Virus record (IMG/VR): IMGVR_UViG_3300031949_000026
Direction: 5' to 3' (one strand)
DNA from: an uncultured virus (IMG/VR IMGVR_UViG_3300031949_000026)
Lineage: Duplodnaviria > Heunggongvirae > Uroviricota > Caudoviricetes
DNA: 20,000 bases
Shown: positions 1 to 8,619 of the stretch, in pieces
Layout: each line of letters begins with the position of its first letter
How positions within the stretch are numbered: the first letter of the stretch is position 1
Notes under the pieces: model-generated
What the model saw: only the letters and a program-made list of their open reading frames with translations
Told to the model about the DNA's origin: nothing
Database searches by the model: none
Position numbers and translations under genes: made by a program

Positions 1-376
1 CGGCCGCCGCCGCTGCCGTCTGCTGCCGCTGGATGTCGAGCTTCGCGATCGACTCGGCGGTTTTCGCTTCGACCTTGGCCGTGTAGGTCTTCGTGGCGAC
101 GTTCGCGGCCGTCGAGACGAGGGAGCCGATGAGTTCCGCCCATTGGCCCATGCCGGACGGAGCGATCTCCAGCTTCGCGGCCTCCTTGACGATCCTCCGG
201 AGATTCGGGAAGAGATTCTGCCTCCCGGAAAGGCTCCGGTACGCGACGTTCGCGAGCCCCCGCGCGTCGAGCTTCTTCGTGATGAGCGACTGCTTGAGCG
301 TCGGAGACCGCTCGATATCCGCGACGAAGGCGGCTGAGAACGCCTTCGCGTATTCCTGCTTGGCTTTGATGTCCAC
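1..376 (-). CDS. Putative virion protein, 3'-truncated by the window edge (MDIKAKQEYAKAFSAAF...SGMGQWAELIGSLVSTAANVATKTYTAKVEAK...)
   Basis: Not in the ORF track; read manually. GTG start at 376 preceded by AAGGAG SD overlapping the upstream stop. Frame is open to the window edge. Contains GMG and a TAKVEAK motif shared with the 12873-14384 protein. Confidence 0.85.
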   Translation of the reverse strand, partial: MDIKAKQEYAKAFSAAFVADIERSPTLKQSLITKKLDARGLANVAYRSLSGRQNLFPNLRRIVKEAAKLEIAPSGMGQWAELIGSLVSTAANVATKTYTAKVEAKTAESIAKLDIQRQQTAAAAA

Positions 377-386
377 GATCTTCTCC

Positions 387-1727
387 TTACGCCGCCGCCG
401 CGATCGCCGCCGCCGCGCCGCCCGCGATGAGCCACCACGGAACGCCGCCTCCGGCTTCCTCCGCCTTCCCTTCTCCCTTGGCCGCCGCCGCCGCGCGCGC
501 GACCATCGAACGAACCTCGCCGAGGGACATCGAACGGACCTTCTCTTCGGATTCCTTCGGAACGGAGATGACGCCTGCCGCGGTCCGCAGCTTGAGGCCG
601 AGCGACTTCCCGTTCAGGAAGACCTCGAAGCGGTCCCCCTCTTTCGTCTTCTGGCCGATCGTATCGAAAAGTTCGTTCGAGTCCTCGGTCTCGAAGACCT
701 TCTCGCCCTCGACGACGAGTTCGTAGCGTCCGGAAGGAGCCTCTCCCTCGGGAGCGGGAGCGCCGCCGGAGGGGGGAGGGGCGCTCGGGGCTTCTCCCGG
801 AGCGGACGGGTAGACCGGCGGCGAGGTGTACGCGGAGGCGAGCGCCTGCCGGTAGATGGACGCCGACTGGATCGCGCTCATCCAGTCCGGAGAGACCGGA
901 GCGGAGGACGGAGCAATCCCCTGCTCCTCGGCCTGCTCGTTGACCGCCGCCTGCGAAGCGGGCATCTCTCCCTTATTGATCTTCTCGATCACCGCGAGCT
1001 TCTGATCGACCGTGAGCCCCGCCCATGCCGAGTCTGTGATCCCGGCCGCCGCGAAGACCGGCTTGTTCTCGTTGTAAAGCTTGTCGAGTTCGGCCTTGAG
1101 CTTCGCCTCTTCTTCCAGGACCTCGGCGTTGAGGCGGGCCGACTCCCGCTCGTTGACCTTCTTGATCTGGTCGGCCTGCCGCTTCTTCTGGTACATCGTG
1201 TTCGCGGCCGTAAGAACGGAGGCGGCGATGAGAGACGCGCCGCCCGTGAAGGGAGCCAGGACCGCTCCGACCACGGTGATGATGACGTTGCCGTACTTCT
1301 TCCAGACTTTTTTCGCCCCGGCCTGGACTTTCTCTTTTATCTTCGCGTGGACTTCCTTGACCTTCTCCTTCACCTTGAGGATGGCCTTCGGGACGATGGC
1401 CTTCTCGATCTTCTTGTGGACTTCCTTGACCTTCTTGACGATCTTCTTGAACTTCTTCTTGAGACTCCCGAGTCCCTGGTAGTAGACCTCCTCGTCATAG
1501 CCGCTGAGACCCACGCTCCGGGTGTACCGGATGGCATGGACCGCCTTCGTGACTTCGGTCGCGATCTGATTGGCGAGCGCGCGCTCGGGGTCCCGGGAGA
1601 GCAGGATGTTTCGGATCGTCGCGCGGGAACCGGGCTCCGAGAGTTCCTGGATGATCTCGGTGCGGGCGCTGGGAGAAAGACGGCGGAGGGCCTCCACCTC
1701 CCGCGTACTCAGTTTCGCCATCCGCAT
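387..1727 (-). CDS. Putative virion membrane/entry protein, 446 aa (GLG motif, Lys-rich amphipathic helix, hydrophobic hairpin, coiled coil, Pro-rich linker, C-terminal hydrophobic anchor)
   Basis: ORF with GGAG SD. Segments include QGLGSLKKKFKKIVKKVKEVHKK, VIITVVGAVLAPFTGGASLIAASVL and C-terminal VPWWLIAGGAAAAIAAAA. Confidence 0.8.
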   Translation of the reverse strand: MRMAKLSTREVEALRRLSPSARTEIIQELSEPGSRATIRNILLSRDPERALANQIATEVTKAVHAIRYTRSVGLSGYDEEVYYQGLGSLKKKFKKIVKKVKEVHKKIEKAIVPKAILKVKEKVKEVHAKIKEKVQAGAKKVWKKYGNVIITVVGAVLAPFTGGASLIAASVLTAANTMYQKKRQADQIKKVNERESARLNAEVLEEEAKLKAELDKLYNENKPVFAAAGITDSAWAGLTVDQKLAVIEKINKGEMPASQAAVNEQAEEQGIAPSSAPVSPDWMSAIQSASIYRQALASAYTSPPVYPSAPGEAPSAPPPSGGAPAPEGEAPSGRYELVVEGEKVFETEDSNELFDTIGQKTKEGDRFEVFLNGKSLGLKLRTAAGVISVPKESEEKVRSMSLGEVRSMVARAAAAAKGEGKAEEAGGGVPWWLIAGGAAAAIAAAA

Positions 1728-1739
1728 GATTCTTTCTCC

Positions 1740-2072
1740 CTAGAGAAGCGCGATGATCGACGGCAGCGCCTTCTCCGCGAACTCGAAAATGGTTCCGAGG
1801 ACCTCCTTGAAAGTCGCACGCGCCTCCCGCTCGGCGTCGAGCGCGATCCCGGCGACCTCGTTTTCGGCAGCCTGCCGCGCGATCTGAAGTTCCCGCTTGA
1901 CCGCCTCTTCCTCCTGCTCGTCCCCGGCCTGGGACATCATGACGACGAGGCGGGCGATGTCCTTCGCGCGCTCTTCCAGAAACGCGCGGGCCTCGGCGCT
2001 CTCTTCGAGGAGCTTCTTCGCGCGGCCCTTGACGGTCTCGATGATTCCGTTCCTGATCGCTTCCAGATCCAT
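1740..2072 (-). CDS. Hypothetical alpha-helical protein, 110 aa
   Basis: Abuts the upstream stop, has a GGAGG SD, and has helical Glu/Ala/Lys composition. Confidence 0.8.
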   Translation of the reverse strand: MDLEAIRNGIIETVKGRAKKLLEESAEARAFLEERAKDIARLVVMMSQAGDEQEEEAVKRELQIARQAAENEVAGIALDAEREARATFKEVLGTIFEFAEKALPSIIALL

Positions 2073-2321
2073 CTATTCCTCCAGGGCCTTTCGGAGCTTC
2101 CCAACAAGCCGCTCCAGGGACTCGACAAGGGCCTTCCGGCGGGCCTTCTTGTCCGCGTCGAGCGAGGCGTCCTTCTCGACGTAGCTCTTGTACTCCGGCA
2201 GGACGATCTTCTGGGTGTCCTCGATCTCCGCCGCCGCCTGCCGCGCAGCCGGGGAGCAGGTGCAGGACACCACCGAGCAGGACAGGATCGCGACAACTGC
2301 CAGAATTGAGAGCTTCCTCAC
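2073..2321 (-). CDS. Small putative lipoprotein, 82 aa
   Basis: MRK + hydrophobic stretch + lipobox-like ILSC/VVSC, then a helical charged domain. GTGA overlap with the upstream gene and GGAGG SD. Confidence 0.75.
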   Translation of the reverse strand: MRKLSILAVVAILSCSVVSCTCSPAARQAAAEIEDTQKIVLPEYKSYVEKDASLDADKKARRKALVESLERLVGKLRKALEE

Positions 2322-2722
2322 GGGCTTCCTCCTTCTTTGGGCGGCGACGGAGCCTTGCCTTCCTCTTCGGGTGCTGCGCCGCCCGTAAGCTTCCCCATGA
2401 GAGGGTTCATGATCTTGTCGTGGAACTGCTGCGCGCCGACCGCGGCGAAAAGAAGGATGACCTCATGAAGCCCCCACGCCTGGACGGTGTTCGCGCCGTA
2501 GACGCCCGGCATGGTGAGCTTCGCAAGCGTGCCGAGAACGAAGGTGAGCCCGATCGCCCAGAAAGGCTCGCGTCCCTCGACAAGCTTCTTCATGGCCCAC
2601 TTGAATCCGGAGACGAGAAACGCCACGCCCGCGACGATGCCGAGGTAGCTCGCGAGGAATTGGAGCACGAGTTCCTTGATCGGGTCGGCCTTGTCTTCCA
2701 GGACGAACGAGAGGATCGCCAT
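2318..2722 (-). CDS. Integral membrane protein with about 3 TM segments (holin-like), 134 aa
   Basis: Three hydrophobic segments and a charged C-terminal tail; AGGAGG SD. Confidence 0.75.
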   Translation of the reverse strand: MAILSFVLEDKADPIKELVLQFLASYLGIVAGVAFLVSGFKWAMKKLVEGREPFWAIGLTFVLGTLAKLTMPGVYGANTVQAWGLHEVILLFAAVGAQQFHDKIMNPLMGKLTGGAAPEEEGKAPSPPKEGGSP

Positions 2723-2730
2723 GGAACCTC

Positions 2731-2994
2731 CTACTTGAACTCCGCTTTGTGCTTCTTCGTGAGCGCGTCGAAGAACTTCTGCATCTCGTCGGGCTTCGAG
2801 ACGAGGGGGATCGACTGGTCCGGCACGTCGAGCAGCCCGACGTTCCGGTGCGGCTTCCCCTCGACCGCGTGCGAGGGCATCGTGTTCACGACCCGGCGCT
2901 TCCCCCCGACGACATAGGTCCTCTGGGGCGCGAGAGCCCCGGCCGCGATCACGACCTTGCAGTCCCGGCAGTAGGCGACTTTCATCTGGCTCAT
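2731..2994 (-). CDS. Hypothetical protein with CxxC and His residues (possible Zn binding), 87 aa
   Basis: ATGA-coupled to the upstream ORF; YCRDCK motif with later His residues. Confidence 0.75.
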   Translation of the reverse strand: MSQMKVAYCRDCKVVIAAGALAPQRTYVVGGKRRVVNTMPSHAVEGKPHRNVGLLDVPDQSIPLVSKPDEMQKFFDALTKKHKAEFK

Positions 2995-3212
2995 TTCACC
3001 CTCGCCGTGGCCTCGCGCTTCTTGGTCTCCATCGCGTCCCGGGCGGTCTTGAGCGCCTGTTCCAGGTGCAAATTCACTTCCGGGAGCGCCTCGTCGGGCA
3101 CCCGGTCAAGCGCCGCACGGATGTCCGCGATGAGGAAACGGGCCTTCATGTCGGCCTCTTCCATCTGCTTTTCGGACCCTTCCACCTTGGGTTTCTCGAT
3201 CTTCGTCGTCAT
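2991..3212 (-). CDS. Hypothetical helical protein, 73 aa
   Basis: ATGA overlaps at both ends within the operon. Confidence 0.75.
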   Translation of the reverse strand: MTTKIEKPKVEGSEKQMEEADMKARFLIADIRAALDRVPDEALPEVNLHLEQALKTARDAMETKKREATARVK

Positions 3213-3418
3213 GACTTCTGCCTCTTTTCCTCGACCATCTTCTGAAACGCTTCGAGTTCCTCGATCCTCCTCTTGTGGAGCGCGAGGACCTCCGCCTTCG
3301 CCTTGTCCGCTTCCCTACGCTCCTCCGCGACCTTACTCCAAAGAATCTTGATCGTCGTCACGAGAGCCGCGACGATGCCCCCGGCGATCCCGAGGATCTT
3401 CCAGCATGTCGAATCCAC
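3209..3418 (-). CDS. Small single-TM plus coiled-coil protein, 69 aa
   Basis: ILGIAGGIVAALVTTIKILW TM segment followed by a charged heptad region; GGGGAGG SD. Confidence 0.75.
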   Translation of the reverse strand: MDSTCWKILGIAGGIVAALVTTIKILWSKVAEERREADKAKAEVLALHKRRIEELEAFQKMVEEKRQKS

Positions 3419-3436
3419 GATGCACTTTGCCTCCCC

Positions 3437-3736
3437 TTAGACCCGAATCGCGATGACCTTCCCGGTGTCGTCCACAGAGAGTGCCCATTCCGTTCCGTCC
3501 GGACTCGAAAGGAAAACCTGCTCCGGAAATCTCCTGGCCGGAACGTCCACGAATGCCCGAACGACGGAAGCGGGGTCCTTCGTTTCCGCATCGTCGAGGA
3601 CGACCCGCGTGTAGGCCGCCCCCTTTTTGTTCTCGTCGGAGTCGATCCGCACGACGAGGAAGTTCGCCGCCAAAAGAGCCTGCTGGAGGCCCGCGAGATC
3701 GCGGATCGCCCGGCCCGAGACGTCTACGTTTTTCAT
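3437..3736 (-). CDS. Hypothetical protein, 99 aa (C-terminal LSSPDGTEWALSVDDTGKV resembles fibre/spike beta-hairpin segments)
   Basis: Tightly packed in the operon. The fibre resemblance is pattern recognition only. Confidence 0.7.
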   Translation of the reverse strand: MKNVDVSGRAIRDLAGLQQALLAANFLVVRIDSDENKKGAAYTRVVLDDAETKDPASVVRAFVDVPARRFPEQVFLSSPDGTEWALSVDDTGKVIAIRV

Positions 3737-3739
3737 ATC

Positions 3740-4438
3740 TTATGTATGCATACAGATCGCGCGAAGCGGCGCGTTGGCTGCCCGCTGAACCTGCCCCGTC
3801 GAAGCGCCGCCCCCCGAAAGATGCAGGGTGAGCGTGTGGGCTCCGATCGCGACTGCCGGAAACCGGACAACGCCGCCGAGATTTGCGCCTCGGCCGTCCC
3901 CGAGGCCCTGATTGGTCGTTCCTTCGACCACCGAAGGCGTCCCGCTCGCGTCAAGATCGACCCCAAGAGTGGACGCATCCACGAAGCCGCCCGACGTGAT
4001 GGACATTCCGTTCACGAAAACGAGGATGTCTCCGGCGACGACCTGCGTGAAAGGAAGGGAGGCCCCGGGGATGGCCGCGAAAGTCGGAAACACGACCGAC
4101 GTCACAAAGGTTCCCGAGGCGATGTCCGAGAACTCGTCGAACGTATAGCCGCCCGAGGAGATGTCGGTGAGATTCGCGACGGCCCTCGCTGCCCCTCCGA
4201 CGAACTGCTGGAGGCGGCCGGTCACGACGTCCATCCCGACTTCCCCGAGCACGGCCGGGACGCCGGAGCCGCTCCAGCGAATCAGGTTTGCGGGATCGAG
4301 CGTGATCGTGTTCTTCCCGAACTTCATCGACCCGCAAGGGCAGACGAAGATCGGGATGCCGCGCCGAAGCGGGACCATCCGCTTCCCGCACTTGCAGGCG
4401 GGGCGCGGCCCGAACAGTTTTTCGAGCAAAGCCTTCAC
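3740..4438 (-). CDS. Putative spike/minor structural protein, 232 aa, with N-terminal CxC...CxC knuckle and a Gly/Thr/Val-rich beta domain
   Basis: GTG start 3 nt after the upstream stop; beta-strand-rich composition. Confidence 0.7.
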   Translation of the reverse strand: MKALLEKLFGPRPACKCGKRMVPLRRGIPIFVCPCGSMKFGKNTITLDPANLIRWSGSGVPAVLGEVGMDVVTGRLQQFVGGAARAVANLTDISSGGYTFDEFSDIASGTFVTSVVFPTFAAIPGASLPFTQVVAGDILVFVNGMSITSGGFVDASTLGVDLDASGTPSVVEGTTNQGLGDGRGANLGGVVRFPAVAIGAHTLTLHLSGGGASTGQVQRAANAPLRAICMHT

Positions 4439-4441
4439 GTC

Positions 4442-4738
4442 CTACCCGTTCGGAGCTTCCTGGGGTCCGCTGAAGGTGGCGATGGCCGGGACCTTGGCCT
4501 TGAGCACGTCGAGGCGTGCCTGGATCTCGGCCTTGACCTTCGTCTCGGCGTCGATCATCCGGGCGGTCGGGTCCGCGCCCACGGCGGGGCCGGGCATCAT
4601 GCCCCGGAACTCCGCCGTGAAGTTGTGGCCGCCCGTGATCTGCTCGTCGGTCGCCCCGGAGTAGGCGAAGACTTCCCCGACGACGCCCGTGCGTCGGTCG
4701 CGGGCGAGCGTGATGTTGACGTGGAGCCGTTCGGCCAC
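4442..4738 (-). CDS. Hypothetical protein, 98 aa
   Basis: GAGGAGG SD before GTG; tightly packed. Confidence 0.8.
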   Translation of the reverse strand: MAERLHVNITLARDRRTGVVGEVFAYSGATDEQITGGHNFTAEFRGMMPGPAVGADPTARMIDAETKVKAEIQARLDVLKAKVPAIATFSGPQEAPNG

Positions 4739-4750
4739 AGTATCCTCCTC

Positions 4751-5671
4751 TTATGCCACAAGAGCCAGCGGAGACTTTTTCTCGAAGGAGAGCGACGTCA
4801 CCCTCTTCCCCATAATGTACAGGCCGCTCTCTCTGACCGCAAACATCTCTCGCCCCATGCGATTCTTGAGGACCATCCCGTCATCCTCATAGTCCTCGGT
4901 GAAGCGCCAGCCGTTCTCGAACGACAAGTCGCCCGCGGTGATCGTGACGGCGCGAACGAGAGTGAGCCGGAGCGCCGCCGTCCCCAGAGACCAATCATTG
5001 TCCACCACCGGAGCCATCGTGAAATCGCCCTGGAGGGCGATGTTCCCGTTGAAGCGGCTGGCCGCGTTGCATCGAAAGTCTTCTCCGGCCACGGCCCCGA
5101 TGAGCCCGTTGGTGCTGCCCGTCACGATCACGCAGCCGTCGTCTCCGAGCACGAGGACTTCGACCTGGGTCGTGCTCCCGTTCGGTGTCGTCTTGAGGAC
5201 CTGACGAGTGCCGTGATTGGCCGCCGTCCACGCACCCGCCGCCTCGAAAAGGATGGCGGCCTGCTGACCGGAGAAGGCCACGCCGTCGTAGCCGCGTGCC
5301 GAGAACTCCCACATGTCGTCGTCGTCCACGAGGGCGGTCGGAGCGGCCTTGGTGCCTTCCGACTTTCGACCGACGAACTCGAAATTCTCCCCGGATGTTC
5401 CGTAATGGTCGATGATCCAAAGCGGCCCCGTGCCCTGGTATTCCGCGTGCAGCGGGAATCCCGGCGCGAAGATTCCCTGAGCGTCGATCCCCTCGATCCC
5501 GAGCCGCCGGTTCGTCGTATCCACGACGAGAAAATCGTCCGGAGTCGCGTCCCGGACCGTGAACGCGCGGGTCGAGGTCCGGCGAATCTGAGGATCGGCC
5601 GAGACGATGATCGGATCGACGCTCGCCGCGAGGTCGAGCGACGTGACCTGATCGACGATCGAAAGCGGCAT
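4751..5671 (-). CDS. Putative spike/fibre (receptor-binding-like) protein, 306 aa
   Basis: Fibre-like segments (VVDTTNRRLGI; PVVDNDWSLGTAALR; TAGDLSFENGWRFTED); GAGGTG SD. Confidence 0.65.
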   Translation of the reverse strand: MPLSIVDQVTSLDLAASVDPIIVSADPQIRRTSTRAFTVRDATPDDFLVVDTTNRRLGIEGIDAQGIFAPGFPLHAEYQGTGPLWIIDHYGTSGENFEFVGRKSEGTKAAPTALVDDDDMWEFSARGYDGVAFSGQQAAILFEAAGAWTAANHGTRQVLKTTPNGSTTQVEVLVLGDDGCVIVTGSTNGLIGAVAGEDFRCNAASRFNGNIALQGDFTMAPVVDNDWSLGTAALRLTLVRAVTITAGDLSFENGWRFTEDYEDDGMVLKNRMGREMFAVRESGLYIMGKRVTSLSFEKKSPLALVA

Positions 5672-5674
5672 GGT

Positions 5675-6079
5675 CTAATCCACCTCGAACTGAATGGAGG
5701 CCGAGGTCGCGATCCCGGCGACCTCTTCCACTTCGACGGCCGCGATCGACCCGCCGATTCCGCCGTAGCTGATCGACGAGAAACGCCCGAGGATGATCCC
5801 CGCGCCCGCCGGGCCGCCGACTTCCCGGACCCGGATGAGCGAGCCCGCGGGTCCCGTGTTCTGGATCGTCATCCGGTTCGTGTTCGCGGGCGGAACGGTG
5901 AGCGGAACCGTCGCACCGATCCCGACCGCGACGTCCGCGGAGGTGTCGATGACCGTCCCCGGCGAGATGTTCGAGATCACGCCCGAGACGACGAGGGGGT
6001 TCGCGGCCGTCCCTTGCACGACCGCGTTCTCGTCGTGCAGGACCACCGGGAACAGGTGGGGCTTGAGCGGAGCAGGCAT
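5675..6079 (-). CDS. Small beta-rich structural protein (penton/spike-base candidate), 134 aa
   Basis: GGAG SD; beta pattern RMTIQNTG..LIRV..GIIL. The role is inferred from its position after the capsid candidates. Confidence 0.6.
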   Translation of the reverse strand: MPAPLKPHLFPVVLHDENAVVQGTAANPLVVSGVISNISPGTVIDTSADVAVGIGATVPLTVPPANTNRMTIQNTGPAGSLIRVREVGGPAGAGIILGRFSSISYGGIGGSIAAVEVEEVAGIATSASIQFEVD

Positions 6080-6091
6080 CCATCGTCTCCG

Positions 6092-6874
6092 TTAGAGTTG
6101 GAGGTCTCCCGTGGCCCATTCCGCGGCTCCCTGCGGCGCGGAAGCCCAATACTGGTAGAAGGCCAGGACCCCGCGGATCGTGACCGTGACGCCGCTTTTG
6201 TTCTCGACGAGCATCTGGAGCCGCGAGCGTCCGCGGACGCCGAACTGGAGCCCGTTAGAGAGCAAGCACCACGGGATTTCGACCGAGGCGGGAAGAACCG
6301 TCGTCCGGCCGGACTGGACCGGCGTCGAGCCGCCGTAAGCCGTGGGCGTCTGGTCATCGAAGATCGGGATGATGTCGGCCCGGCCCGCGACGTTGTTGCG
6401 GGCGTTGGCCGCCTGGAGCCAGAATTCCAGTTGGCAGTTCATGAGCGGCGCGAGCGGCGCGAGATCCAGACCGAAGCCCGTCACGATCGCGCGCTGGCGG
6501 TCTTCGATCAGCCGGTCGAAGATGACGGCCGTCGCGCCGGGCGCAACCTGGAGGCCGCACTTCGACTTGATGAGCGGCTTCGAGAAGAAAGGCGGCTCGT
6601 TGAACGCGGGCTTCTTGACGAAGAAAATGAGCGGCTTCTTGAGTTCCGACGCGAAGCGGCAGAAGAGGTCGTCCATCTTCTGCTGATCGGCGGGGTCCTT
6701 CGTGTTCGGCCCGCAATTGGGATCGAACACGACGTCCTTCGGGCGAGGTTCGCCCTGTCCGTAGTCCCGCCAGCCCTCGAAGAAGTATTCCTCTTCGTGA
6801 GGGTTTCCCATGCCGCCGCGACCCGGCGGGCGCGGAGGCGGCCCTCCTCGACGGGGAGGCTGTTTAGGAGACAT
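6092..6874 (-). CDS. Candidate jelly-roll minor capsid protein, 260 aa, with a Pro/Arg-rich N-terminal arm ending GGMGNP
   Basis: C-terminal strands (RLQMLVENKSGVTVTIRGVLAFYQY) parallel the strand pattern ending both halves of the 307-aa protein. Confidence 0.55.
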   Translation of the reverse strand: MSPKQPPRRGGPPPRPPGRGGMGNPHEEEYFFEGWRDYGQGEPRPKDVVFDPNCGPNTKDPADQQKMDDLFCRFASELKKPLIFFVKKPAFNEPPFFSKPLIKSKCGLQVAPGATAVIFDRLIEDRQRAIVTGFGLDLAPLAPLMNCQLEFWLQAANARNNVAGRADIIPIFDDQTPTAYGGSTPVQSGRTTVLPASVEIPWCLLSNGLQFGVRGRSRLQMLVENKSGVTVTIRGVLAFYQYWASAPQGAAEWATGDLQL

Positions 6875-7787
6875 AGCTGACCTTGCGGCCTCCGAAGATG
6901 GGCTTCACCGTGTTCGGATTCACCGTGTCGAGGTTGTCGATGTCGAGTTGCACCTTGAGCGACCGGCGGATCATCCAGGAGGTCGCCCACCGCGCCGGGA
7001 AGATGCCGCCCGAACCGCCGACGCCGCCGCCCGCGACGGTCGGCTGGTGCGCGCCGAAGAGAAGGGACGAATGGAGCTTGTCGCCCGTGAGCGCGCGGTC
7101 GTTCTGGCCGTCGCGGATGCGGCAGCGGAACGCGGCCGAGGACTGCGCCGTGAGCTTGAAACACTCGAAGTCCGCGTTGTCCGGAATCGTCATGAAGTTC
7201 GGATCGTCCGTCGCGCCCGCCGGGAGGACGATCTCTTCGTCGGTCGTGAGGAGGTAGGCGTAGGTCCGTTCGCGGCGCTCGATGTACTCCCAGACCTCCT
7301 TCTTGATCTGCCCCGGGGCCTGATTCGGGTAGAACTTGATCCCGCCCAGGACGAGTTCGACCTTCCGCTCGTTCACGAGGTCCTGATTCCGGAACGTGAT
7401 GTTGAGCGACTGGACCGGCGGGATGAAGATCGTCTCCGGGAGGACGTAGGGGCGGCCCGCGTCCCCGGAGCAGGCGAGAAGGGGGATGGGGCGCGGGGAG
7501 AACTGGATGCGCTTCCCCGGGTGCTCCAGAAGGAAGTCGATGTCGTAGGTCGTGACCGGCACATCCGCGTCGTCGTAGACGACGGTCTTGATGTAGAAGA
7601 CCTCGATCGGACCGTCGTACTGCGCGGTGAGCGGAAACGGGCCGCGCCGCTCGCCCGGCGCGAGCGTGACGACCTGATTCGGCTTCGACACCGACAACTC
7701 GAACGGCTGGACCCAATCCTTCGCCGGATTGAGGTAGGTGCGACCCTGCTTGTCGCGAAGGAACGTCGGAACCTGCGCCCAACTCAT
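6864..7787 (-). CDS. Candidate double jelly-roll capsid protein, 307 aa (two internally duplicated beta domains)
   Basis: Halves align by eye: VTLAPG/IVLPAG; DGPIEVFYI/NADFECFKL; SLNITFRNQDLVNERKVELVLGGIKF/KVQLDIDNLDTVNPNTVKPIFGGRKV. Confidence 0.6.
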   Translation of the reverse strand: MSWAQVPTFLRDKQGRTYLNPAKDWVQPFELSVSKPNQVVTLAPGERRGPFPLTAQYDGPIEVFYIKTVVYDDADVPVTTYDIDFLLEHPGKRIQFSPRPIPLLACSGDAGRPYVLPETIFIPPVQSLNITFRNQDLVNERKVELVLGGIKFYPNQAPGQIKKEVWEYIERRERTYAYLLTTDEEIVLPAGATDDPNFMTIPDNADFECFKLTAQSSAAFRCRIRDGQNDRALTGDKLHSSLLFGAHQPTVAGGGVGGSGGIFPARWATSWMIRRSLKVQLDIDNLDTVNPNTVKPIFGGRKVSYVS

Positions 7788-7937
7788 CGTATCTCCCTTC
7801 CTGAACCGCCTTGGTAGAGGAAGGCGTGCGGCCGACTGTGGCCGCCTGCCGTCCGGGACCTACTCTTTCAGGTGCATCAGGGGGCGGCCCCAACAAGAGG
7901 GGCCGCCCGGAGTTGCGCCTGGACCGGCGAAGGACGA
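7788..7937 (-). promoter_or_regulatory. Structured intergenic RNA region (multiple hairpins, SD-sequestering stem)
   Basis: 10-bp perfect stem at 7882-7908, a GCGGCC/GGCCGC stem near 7827-7845, and a CCTTCCT/AGGAAGG pair overlapping the SD of the 307-aa gene. Confidence 0.5.
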
Positions 7938-8576
7938 CTAGACGCCCTTGTACCGGATGCCCCGGATGAACCACCGGAAGAGGAGGTTTCCCGTGATGCC
8001 CGCGAGCCCCGAGGGGAAGCTGATCTTCACCTGATAGGGCTCGGTCGAGTTGATGTGGAGCGCCCTGCCGCCCACGTCGAAGCGGTAGAGGTTGTCGGAG
8101 ATGCCCCACCCGATGTGCGGCGCGTCGGTCGCGCCCAGGCCCTCGGTGTCCACGCCGGAGGGCACGTCCTCGACCGGGATCGTGAGGAACTTCGTGTCCT
8201 GGCCGAAGATGATCTCCGAGAGCGCGGCGGCCATGACGAGCGTGAAGTTCCCGACCGAGACGGTCTTGGACGTGAGGCTGCCCCAGAGCCGGGCGTTGAA
8301 GCCGTAGACGTCGAAGCTCAGGGGGGTGCCGAGCGATCCCGCCTGGGTCTGGTTCGAGTGGATGAACGTCTTCGACGTCGCGCCGTCGTTGAGGTTCTGG
8401 CCCACCGGCTTCGAGTACAGGGTGAACTCCCTGTTCGGGGTCGCCGCCAGGATGACTTCCGAGTCGTACAGCGGCTCCTTGTACGACCGGACGATCGCGG
8501 CGGGCACCCCCTTCGTGATCTTGTAGTAGGGGTGGACCACCTGGATCGGCTGCTGCGAGCCGTTCGGCGGAGGCAT
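7938..8576 (-). CDS. Candidate single jelly-roll major capsid protein, 212 aa
   Basis: Strong AAAGGAG SD; beta-rich sequence (EPLYDS...PVGQ..KT..SNQTQAGSLG.P.SFDVYG...LLFRWFIRGIRY); flanked by stable hairpins. The fold is inferred. Confidence 0.55.
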   Translation of the reverse strand: MPPPNGSQQPIQVVHPYYKITKGVPAAIVRSYKEPLYDSEVILAATPNREFTLYSKPVGQNLNDGATSKTFIHSNQTQAGSLGTPLSFDVYGFNARLWGSLTSKTVSVGNFTLVMAAALSEIIFGQDTKFLTIPVEDVPSGVDTEGLGATDAPHIGWGISDNLYRFDVGGRALHINSTEPYQVKISFPSGLAGITGNLLFRWFIRGIRYKGV

Positions 8577-8619
8577 CGCATTCTCCTTTCACCACGCCAT
8601 TTCCGGGTCGAGGTCAACT

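Noticed and set aside
386..500. GCC-rich microsatellite-like runs
   Set aside because: They are simply poly-Ala codons.
7860..7885. CTGATG...GAAA on the minus strand resembling a hammerhead ribozyme core
   Set aside because: The sequence is CUGAUGC rather than CUGANGA, and there is no proper stem II or cleavage triplet.
6508..8595. 695-aa minus-strand ORF, and similar alternative-frame ORFs at 4995-6149, 9111-10427 and the 5' part of 12562-13989
   Set aside because: Out-of-frame overlaps of better genes, with Arg/Gly/Pro-rich composition typical of high-GC frame artefacts.
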